A stretch of 64,000 nucleotides of DNA, from positions 681,146-745,145 of the forward strand of contig JAQGDQ010000039.1 of assembly GCA_030141605.1 (NCBI GenBank). The letters run 5' to 3'. The position numbers and the translations under genes are program-made. The notes beneath the pieces are model-generated. The model was not told the DNA's origin. It saw nothing but the letters and a program-made list of their open reading frames with translations, and did not search any database. Positions 53,967 through 64,000 of this stretch are shown one piece after another; position 1 is the stretch's first letter; the number at the start of each line of letters is the position of its first letter. This stretch comes from Tubiluchus corallicola. Taxonomy: Eukaryota; Animalia; Priapulida.

Positions 53967-56900
53967 ATGGATGACACACTAGATGTTAGCATACAAAATG
54001 AGGTTAGTAAATTTCTTGGACTTGTGCGTTTTCTTTGTGTGGCATGTAAGTTATTTTTGCGAAAATTGCCTTCTTTATACCTAGCTTTTGCTTAGGCGGG
54101 CGCCATTTTTCTTCCTGTTTTTACTGTTACTGTATAGTAACTAACACGGGTATGATGGGTTTTATTGTTGGTGTGATGAGGATTACGCTTTTGGACTGTA
54201 TTTTCTTTCGCTAGCATGTTGTAATTATTGTAATTGCACTTTAATTCAGTCAGGGACTATGCAGCTGTGGAGATGATAAAGAAGCAAGTAATTCCGGTTA
54301 ATTTCTTAAGTTAATTTGGTAAATTTAACGATTATTATTAATTTACAGTAATGACAACTCCTAGCAGTTAGTTAACCTGATATATATACGTGCATGTGTT
54401 GTTGTGTTGTGCATATTTTTTCATTTTGTCAACTTGGTAGTGTCCGGAGATTGAAGAAGAAGGAGAGGAGCCGAAGATGGAGGACGGCAGAACTAGAGTT
54501 ACTTCATTAACTCAGAGATCTCTTTCCACTGACTCATCATCCAGTGGCCGACAAAAAGTATCCCGTCATCAGTTTCTCACCGAACGTGATCTTTGCGGAG
54601 ATTATTTTGAAAAATGGTCAGAGAATGATCAGGTGGATTTTGTTGAGTATTTAATATCACGCATGTGTCATACACAACATGGAGTCATCAATAGTTACCT
54701 CAAGCCATTGTTGCAGCGAGATTTCATTTCTCTTTTGCCAAGTACGTACCATTCTAAGTACTTCTGATATTTGGTGCAACTGATAGTATTTGGCGCAGGA
54801 TATGATTTTATGATTGTAGTGACTCATATCAGTGCATGAAAACTAATGTCATAGAGATGATGAGAAATAACGCTAATTTTTTATATAGTTTGCTAACTGT
54901 AGGTAGGTGCATTCCAAAGGTATGATTCTAGTTTTGGTGCAGCCGTTTTTTGCGGATTTATATCTGCTCGAACATGTATACAAGGTAGACACTACTTGGC
55001 TATTCACAATTTATTGGCTATTTTGCAAAAAGGCTAAAGTTACAATAGATATCTAATTATATTACTAATGGGTACATTACTGTACCTGGTTCAACCTACT
55101 CAACCTGTGTAATTGCTGGACATGTTTTGACCCAGAATCTTGCACTGTATTTTCATTTTACAAGAGAATCTCCTTTTCCAGAAAGGGGTTTGGATCACGT
55201 TGCAGAAAACATTCTTTCCTATCTTGACGCAAAGTCTCTGTGTGCTGCAGAACAGGTATCTAAAGAATGGTACCGAGTGATCTCAGAAGGTAACCTGTGG
55301 AAGAAGCTTATTGAAAGCAAAGTGAGGACGGACACCCTGTGGAAAGGTCTTTCAGAAAAACGTGGATGGTATGCATTTGCCTGTATTTTAGTTTAGTAAA
55401 TTAAATTGACTATAATCAATTTTTTTAGTTTTTTATCAGCATTCTTTTTAAAATCTTGCATGTTGTACAAAAGCCTCAACTGTTCACCATGCACAGTTAA
55501 CTAATTTAATGTTTCCAGATCTTTACTTCATGCTGGGTTTTTAGTAAGGTATTTTGGTGGTAAAAAGGGTTGATTGTAGATCAAATTTGATACTGAATTG
55601 TTCTTTCTAATAAAGAAGTTACTTCAAAAATGTGACTGTAACCTAATTGTGATAAGTGCAAAATGATCAGAAAACAGCTCCATTTACCATTAACACTAAG
55701 TATTATGAATAAGTGTTTTTTATGCAGCACACAGTTAATTGTGTTAATTAGAATTTGAAATTGTTAAATAAAATTGTCAGTATTTTTTGTTTCGTTTCTT
55801 AAGAAACCTGTGCACACATATTGTTCCACAAATGTACTTTGTTTGCAACTGAGCAAAATGCTGTCTTCAAATTATTGTCTAATGTCCTTTAACTCCACTA
55901 TGTGTTTATTTGGAATTCCTGAACAGTATTACAAACAAACATTTTTTAGTTAGAAAGCACAAATTCTTTTCCTTTATAAATTTATGCAAAACTACTGGAT
56001 GCTTGGTAGGGACCTTGGCTGAATATCAGCTAAGGATAAATCTGTAATTCTTATTCATTTAGGCATTTTTTTACCACACGCGATTGTATTTTGTTGATAG
56101 GAATAAGCATTTGTTCAAACCAAAGTTAGGAGAGCAACCAAAGGACCACAAATTCTATCGAGTGTTATATCCCAAGATAATACAAGATATTGAGGTATGT
56201 AAATTGTACGTTGAATGATCTTACTGTCGCATTGCTGTGTACTAAATCTTGTTCAGAAAATTTTTTTACTGTATCCATCCAACTGTTATGAGGTTCCATT
56301 CATATTGTTATAAATTACTTTTGTCTTTATTCAGGCTATTGACAATAACTGGAAATGTGGTCGACATAATCTGCAGCGGATACACTGTAGAAGTGAGAAT
56401 AGTAAAGGCGTTTACTGCCTTCAGTATGATGATCAGAAGATAGTGAGTGGCCTGCGGGATAACACCATCAAGGTATATATGTTGTTTGTTATGGTCTCTT
56501 TGCCTGATTTACATTCTTAAATCTAGTTTGGACTAAGCAAGTCCTCATCTAGACCAGCATTTAGACTGGCTGTGGACTACATAAAAAATGCAGAAAAATG
56601 CAATCAAAATCTGTTGATACAACTTAAAAAAATGATGCAAAATTTTTTGTATTGTCTCTCGTAAGTGTATATTTTTTAAAGCAAAAACCAAGTGTTTCAG
56701 GATATTGAGCTTATTTTAATATTTGTGAAAAATGTTTGAAAGTTTCAATAAAATTGCGGTACGTGTCTCTTGTAATTAGTAAAATCAATTTAAAGTCGTT
56801 ATCACTTCAATCCGCACTTGAGCGCACTCATTTTTAACGAAAATTGACGTCATCCGTTACTGTGCAAAATGTAAATACTTGCTATCCCTTCAAGTGCTTG

Positions 56901-57440
56901 AGCAAAGTTTTTTTGCAGCTACAGTTACTATTATCAATTACAGTCAATTAAAACTTTAAATGAGAAACTGTTAATGTTATTTTTTTTGCTTTTTGATGAA
57001 TTCTGTTGCCCGAAATGTAATGAAAACCATTTACCAACAACAACACAATAATCTCAAACTCAAAGTTTAATGCTACTTAATGCTTTATACCAAATAAATA
57101 TTTTACAAGTTAAAACTGAACTCTTTAAGCTAAGTGTAAAATCACCCAACACCTTTTTTATGTTTGCAGCCTTGCAGAATTCCATGCTTATATGTAATAT
57201 GTTGTGTAGTACATGCACATTTTGGGGTATAAACCTGCAGATTAATATTTACATAAACACCAAGATTTAGTGAGCTAGAATAGCAGAATTTCTGAGGGAA
57301 CTGCAGAAACTTTGTTAAGTGTGCCTCTTATGCTGTTCACCGGCTTACGCCATTTTTTCAAATGTGCCTGCAGCAAGATTCATTTGGTGAGAGACACAAG
57401 TGATTTAAATTTCTTTTGCATTATTAAACAAGCATTTTGC

Positions 57441-57484
<44 letters not shown>

Positions 57485-60400
57485 TAATTTCTATATTTTA
57501 AGTGGATATTAAAATACAATGTTGTTCAAGGGTTGTTTTTTTTTCTTAAAGTTAAAAAAGTATCTTCAGGCTGCAACTGTCTTTAACGTTCATGTTTAAT
57601 CTTTTGATTTTTCATTAAAGTCAGGCAAATTATAATCTTAACTTTTACAATTTGCAAATTATTTGCTAGTGATTCAGCGTAAGTAGTGGTCTTGGCCCTG
57701 GTTGCAGTATATAGAAAACAAAAAGTCTGTATGGACTTAATGTGGACTGGACTGGACTGCAAGCTGTAGATGTACAGTGCAATTCTGGTATAAAATCCTG
57801 TGTATTGTATTAACCTCTTTATGTGCGCAGAACGAAGTTTCTTTTCACTTTGAATTTTTAACCAGTTATTATAAGATAAGTCCAGGTGTCTGACCTCATT
57901 TTTTATCAGATTTTTAACTAGATTTTTGCTATTTTGCTGTGTTTTAACTATTTTTCTAGGCACTCTTTAAGTACATATCTTTGTCCATTTTCGCACAAAC
58001 ATGTTTATCATTAATACTAGTGATCAATAGATTACCTTTGGGCAAATCTTCATTATTTTGTTTTTCTTCCTGTACTAATTGATGTATCGTTATAGCAAGT
58101 ACCTTATTATTTACTATCTCTAGGCGAAAACTACATTAAATTCTATTACATACCTGTATATAATTGTGTTCCCTATGGCAAGAGTTCAGCATTGAACTTG
58201 TTGAGTTGTTGATTTAAGGATTAAGTCGTTACTCTGATCTAATTTATGTCAAATCCTGCTGAGTAATCAATCAGTTTACATCAGTTACAATTCAGTTTAC
58301 ATTGATTACTTGTAAAAAAATGCTAGTTTTTAATACTAATAAGTGGCAAGTTGGGTTGTCAGATTGTCCAGTAGTGCGTACTTGGTAACCGAAGTTAAGC
58401 AATGGTTAGCCTAGAGAGTGAGTAGATGAGTGGCATGGTTCAGTATTCGGTTGTGGCTCTTCCATTATTCCATTAGCTAGAGTGATTCTAAGGGTGCGTA
58501 AAGAGGATGGTATGATGCACTCATGAAAGGGTATAGCCACCAATCCGTGCTAAATTTTATAGAACATTGTGGCTTGGCAGTGGTCTGTTCTCCAAACTAT
58601 CCCATCTTAGTTGCTGAAGCAGTGATGTTACAATGCCTTCTTCTCGCTGATATTCATTTTTCACGAAACGAGCTGCTTGGTGTTGAACCTTCTCCCAAGT
58701 TGGTGATATTACGTTTTGTATAGAGCTCCACGCACAGCAAACATATTCCATATTAGGTCTAACTAAGGTGTGATAAACAATCTGCTTTACTTCCTCAGAA
58801 CTATCGGTGAGTGTGCTTCGTAGTAGAATGCTATTACTTTTAGATTTTATCTATCTGAATGGTCAACTTGTTTGACACTAGCCTGACTTCTAGTTACTAT
58901 TTAAGGAGATTTAGCATCACAAAGTTTTCAGTATTGAAAACTAATGTTACCGCTTTGTATTTACCTACTGTTGATTTTTCTTTACTCACAGATATGGGAC
59001 CGGAAAACGCTAGACTGCATTCAAGTGTTAACTGGTCACACAGGGTCAGTGTTGTGCTTCCAATACGATGAAAACGTTATTATAACTGGTTCTAGTGACT
59101 CAACAGTGAGGTAAGAATCACTTCTAATTAGATGTAGTAGTTCTTAATTCGTGAGTAGCACATTCTAAGAGAACCCTTTTTTGTTACGTATCCAGTTCAT
59201 GGATAATTACTTTTACTTTTACCGTTACTTTTAATTTCTGTAAACTAGCAAATACATAGCGTTAGTGTAGATACTTGTAGGGCAAACACCTCGGGCAGGG
59301 ATAAATACAATGGTTAAGTGAATGGTGAACTCAATCAAAAGGGTGAACGATACAGTTAGACAATGTTCGTAAGAAAACTACATTGAGTCGCTCTTTAATG
59401 CCGGGCAGTACATTAGTAACACTACAGCCTGTGGAAATGACAAACTGAGCCTTTGATCAAAATTAATACCAAACAACATTTTTTATGAATAACCCAAAAT
59501 AAAATGACTGGTCCACCTCTGTTATATTGTGCAATTGTTGTGCAGGTGTGGAGTTTAACTGTTGTTTAGGTGCCGTAAGTCATTTATTTCACATAACACA
59601 TTTACAACAATGTTGTGTACAAAAATACAGTGAAAAGGCCTATGATGAACATAGTACTATTTATTTACTGTTTCTGAATGAGAAACACCTCACAAACATG
59701 TCTACCTATATATAAATGTAAATGTGTTGTAGGGCAATCAAAAATCAGGGCTTGTAACATTGTCCCCACACTGTGAAAGTAAAAAAATGTAATGGATATA
59801 GGGTATATTGGGGTAATGTCAGCCACATTTAGATTTTTTTCAATGAGTTTCTTTGAACTTTGAATTTGCTTTAATATTTTATAAATACTATATACATATA
59901 CACACTATATAAATATTCTATAAAATGCCAGTCAGGTCATGTGACATAATTTTAGTGTATAATAATTGGGTGGCCGACATTAGCCGATGGCCGACATTGC
60001 CCCACTATATAAACTAAAAACTATAAGGTGAGTCACGTGATAAAGAAAAATATTTAGTGCTACAGAGCGGCATGATACAATGAATGAACCTCACATATGG
60101 GGTACTGTAAAAATCAAATCATTTGTGCATTCTGCTCCTGTATACTACTGCACACCTTTTTGGAACATTTCATTTTTTGTAATTTTTGCAAACTGTTGAA
60201 CTGCTTTGTGTTGATAGAGTGTGGGCTGTGAATACTGGAGAGATGCTAAACACAATCATTCACCATTGTGAGGCTGTGCTTCATCTTCGCTTTAGTGATG
60301 GAATGATGGTTACTTGTTCCAAGGTAATTACTGTTTATCGTTGTAATTTAAATATTTTCCTGTAAGCTGAGTTATTCTCACTGGTCGTACTAATCATACT

Positions 60401-63400
60401 ACTCAGTAGGCAATCAGTCTTGAAAGAGGCCCAATGTTTGTTTTGATTTGTCTTGGTTTTTTGATTTGATTATTATGACTTTATCAAGATATTTAATATT
60501 TTTTAGAATATTTAAAAATTTTCTCACATAAACATGTTCCAGACCTCTGACATAATGTTACGAAAAATAAGTGTAAAACAGCTTTACGCTACAGAATGTG
60601 TAATAAATGAATAAACGATTGACGTTTTTGTCTATAAAATACTTTTGTCTGTAATATAGAATATATTATGGATGTTTAGTTTTGCATTGCTCAACTCATT
60701 TAGATTACATAGAAAGTGTCATTCTGCTGATTTTGAATGTGTTAATAATGATGTATTACTTTGGTAAGCATTTGTTAGATTTTTTGGTTTTATTTCTTGT
60801 TTTCAGGATCGGTCAATAGCCGTTTGGGACATGCATTCACCAACAGAAATTAGTATTCGCCGTGTACTTGTCGGTCACCGAGCCGCAGTCAACGTGGTGG
60901 ACTTTGATCAAAAATACATTGTATCTGCGTCTGGCGATAGGACCATTAAAGTATGAAAAATATGTAGTACCTTTTTGTTAACAATTGTGTAGATACAATT
61001 TTGCTGTGTGACTATTATGAAGGTGACAAAGTTGCAAAATGATTGCATTGGTCATTGTTGTTTATTAAGGTATGGAACACGTCTACATGTGAGTTTGTAC
61101 GGACGCTAACGGGACACAAACGCGGCATTGCTTGCTTGCAATATAGAGACCGGTTAGTCGTTAGCGGCAGCTCAGATAATACAATTAGGTGAGTACTAGT
61201 TTTTGACAATTATAATTATCATCTATCACGTAACCATCATATCAAAATTTTCGCTATTTGTATTAATGTATCTGTGGACCAAAAATTTATTTTGCTGCCA
61301 AAAGTAGTGATTTGAAATGACAAATCTACTGTCAAAATTCATTACTGAATGATTTATAAAACAAAATTTACAAAATTGAGCTTACCTGTTGTTTTTGTTA
61401 AAAGTGCATGGTTTCTAATGTATACTGCAATTCTAATGCTTTTCTTTAAATATAGTTAACCAGAATTTTGAATATGGAATAAATTTTGTGATATAACATA
61501 ATATAATATAATTGTAATATTTAATTATTGTAAATACTGTTTATTAATATTATTATTATTTTTTTTGTATTGTATGATGATTATATCCCATGTGCGGGGT
61601 TCTGTCGGTGTAGCATTTTTGTATTGTAATGTATTGCATTGTATCTGTAATGCATTGTAAAGAATTGTAAAACTGTAGTGTCCTGAATCTTCAATATTTG
61701 TTTATAACTGAAGACTATACCCTTCAATGTATTGTGAGCCTATTTTTTGTGTAACAGGGCATTAATTTGTGTTTCTTATTTTAACAGGTTATGGGATGTA
61801 GAGTGTAATGTATGTTTACGAGTATTGGAAGGCCACGAAGAGTTGGTACGCTGTATACGCTTTGATAACAAGCGCATCGTTAGCGGTGCTTATGATGGGT
61901 ATGTAATAAAAAGATGTTCTTTTAGTTTTGTGCTACATAATTTGAAAACATTTATTTCCTAAGCTGCACATGAGGTACTAAGGCTGATTTCTATTTCTCA
62001 GTTTCAAAAAAATTTTATTTAAATTTTTCTTAGGAAGTATGAAATGGTTAGTTTCTTATTACAAAGTATAATTTTTTGTCTTGTTTCTTTTACGTTGACA
62101 TGTTGCATTTAGTTGAAAGCATCTCTGGGATCTATTTCTGTATTAGCTGACTTCATTAGACATGCATATGCATGTTCGTCTGTGGCCATAATATCATCAT
62201 GATTTTATGACATCATCATCGTTAGTCGACCATGAAAGTTCTAGATTCCAAGAAAAATTACCTGCAGTTAAGAAACATGAGCATCAGTTAATTGTTAATA
62301 TCAAATGCTTAATGTAGTGAATAAGATTAAAAGTACTTATTTATTATTTATATGGCACTATCATGTACAAAACATACAAAAATGTTGTACAGATGTAATA
62401 ACAGTACAAATAATAAAGCAAACATTTTACATAAACAAGCGTAATGTTTCCATGGGGAAGAATTAAAATACGATAGTAAAATGACCAAATTAATACTGTT
62501 ATTGATTTTATTGTACTAAGCTATTTTACAGTTCATTTCCTTGAGCAAATTTTGACTGTAAATGTTGCATAAATAATACAAGTTTTCCAAAATTGCCAAG
62601 ATTCAGTAGTTTAGCTTTTTTAAAACTTTGTGCATTTGTTGGTTCCCTGATATGGGAACCAAATGCAAAAAAACAGACATCAGATAGACCTGCGAGTATT
62701 AAGGAGTATTTAACTATTAAATTTTTGTTGCATGTTGTGTTTTTTTCTAGTAAAATCAAGGTCTGGGATTTGCAAGCGGCGCTCGATCCTCGTACGCCCT
62801 CCGGTCTCTTATGTCTTCGCACACTTGTTGTAAGTATTTTAATTAGATTATGTTATAGACTGAAGTTAACTATTAACTTGAGAAAATTAGTACTATTCTG
62901 TGATAAATAATGCTAGCTCATAATTTCCATTGGATTGCTTTTGTATAATGTTTTTTTACTTTATACTTATTACTTTATACTTTTTACTTTATAGCAACTT
63001 TTTACTTATGTGTTTTAATCCTACGGTAGACGGACAATAAAAATATTCTGTTTCTAATTGCCTGGGTAATATTTTTTATCGCACCCCTAGCCGGGAATAT
63101 TATAATTTTTTTATACGTTCATATACTTAACTTGACGCAGTATGAAAGCATATTTTTTGAATTAAAGATGTAAAACGCAATAATTATTGTAACATTGTTC
63201 TTTTGGGAACGCAGGATGCAGCCATGTTTTTCCACGGCTAACTCTCGGTGATGGTTGCAATTTTGTATGGTGGTCACTGTATTGGAGGCTAAAAAGTACA
63301 GAATTTTCTGCCAAATCCGTCTATTAACGACCGAGTAATGTTGCCACATACCATAATTATCAGAACATACACATTCGTGATACAAAAAAGAAACTATACA

Positions 63401-63914
63401 ATAATCGATAATTGTACAATAATTTAGTAATGCGCCACTAAAACTGATTTCAAAAATATTCCACAATTCAGCTTTAAACATTCACAGGGCTGTAAAAAAT
63501 TGTATTAAAGTTTATTATTCCCTCCCTACTGACATTTTTTGAGCTCATGAGGTAAGACAGAAACAAATCTTTTTTTGTGGACGGCCTTATAAAGAAAGCA
63601 GTCTCAGAAAATGGGTATTGTATATTGTTGCTTCTTTCACTGTATTGTATTTTTGTTGTGTACACACATTTACTATTACAAAGTTGTTTGTGGTATGGCT
63701 TGTGGTTGTTCTTGTAAACATTATAATTAATATGATTTTGCATCTTATTCAGGAGCACACAGGTCGGGTATTCCGGCTACAGTTTGATGAGTTCCAGATT
63801 GTTTCCAGTTCACATGATGATACTATTCTAATATGGGATTTCCTAAATGTACCAAATCCTCCTACCGACTCAACAAGATCTCCATCACGCACTTACACGT
63901 ATGTGTCTAGGTAA
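53967..63914 (+). CDS. BTRC: beta-TrCP / F-box-WD40 protein (BTRC/FBXW11/slimb ortholog), 12 coding exons, ~531 aa
   Basis: GT-AG, phase-consistent exons: 53967-54002, 54441-54741, 55182-55368, 56101-56194, 56335-56472, 58992-59110, 60218-60323, 60807-60950, 61070-61188, 61788-61898, 62751-62829, 63753-63914. Contains the D-domain ([23 protein letters not shown]), F-box ([20 protein letters not shown]), 7 WD40 repeats and the C-terminus [12 protein letters not shown]. The first exon is the least certain. Confidence 0.95.
54101..54109 (+). promoter_or_regulatory. YY1-like motif in beta-TrCP first intron
   Basis: CGCCATTTT matches the YY1 consensus CGCCATNTT, next to GGCGGG. Confidence 0.3.
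57442..57482. repeat. (TA)n microsatellite
   Basis: Direct reading. Confidence 0.95.
58330..58860 (-). mobile_element. CR1/L2-group LINE C-terminal fragment in a beta-TrCP intron
   Basis: MEYVCCAWS...[16 protein letters not shown]...[16 protein letters not shown]. Confidence 0.75.
59804..60008. mobile_element. Small MITE
   Basis: Inverted termini TATATTGGGGTAATGTCAGCCA / TGGCCGACATTGCCCCACTATA. Confidence 0.65.
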
Positions 63915-64000
63915 GGGTTGGCATATGTGGGGTAACTTAAAGCTTCCTCTAACTGCATCGTGTTTCTTAATACATTTATGGAAGTATCTTTTGTGGTGAG

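Overview
AT-rich, intron-containing animal (invertebrate-type) nuclear DNA, not prokaryotic. The host lineage cannot be fixed from sequence alone. Hand-splicing recovers five gene-like units. (1) A 10-exon, 425-aa YeeE/YedE (TsuA-like) sulfur-compound transporter gene on the minus strand (37121->16629), largely invisible in the ORF track, with an acid-free N-terminal extension resembling a mitochondrial presequence. (2) A full-length intronless squalene synthase (FDFT1) nested on the same strand in that gene's 11.5-kb 4th intron, broken by two in-frame stops and an R228W change. (3) A DLGAP5/HURP-like gene with a single coding exon. (4) A 12-exon beta-TrCP (BTRC/FBXW11/slimb) gene. (5) A partial orphan multi-exon gene at ~7.6-10.7 kb. 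The remainder is decayed LINEs (CR1/RTE-type), a Penelope-like GIY-YIG remnant, hAT/Kolobok/Harbinger/pogo-type MITEs (two nested insertions can be reconstructed), and mini- and microsatellites. No rRNA, tRNA or CRISPR was found.
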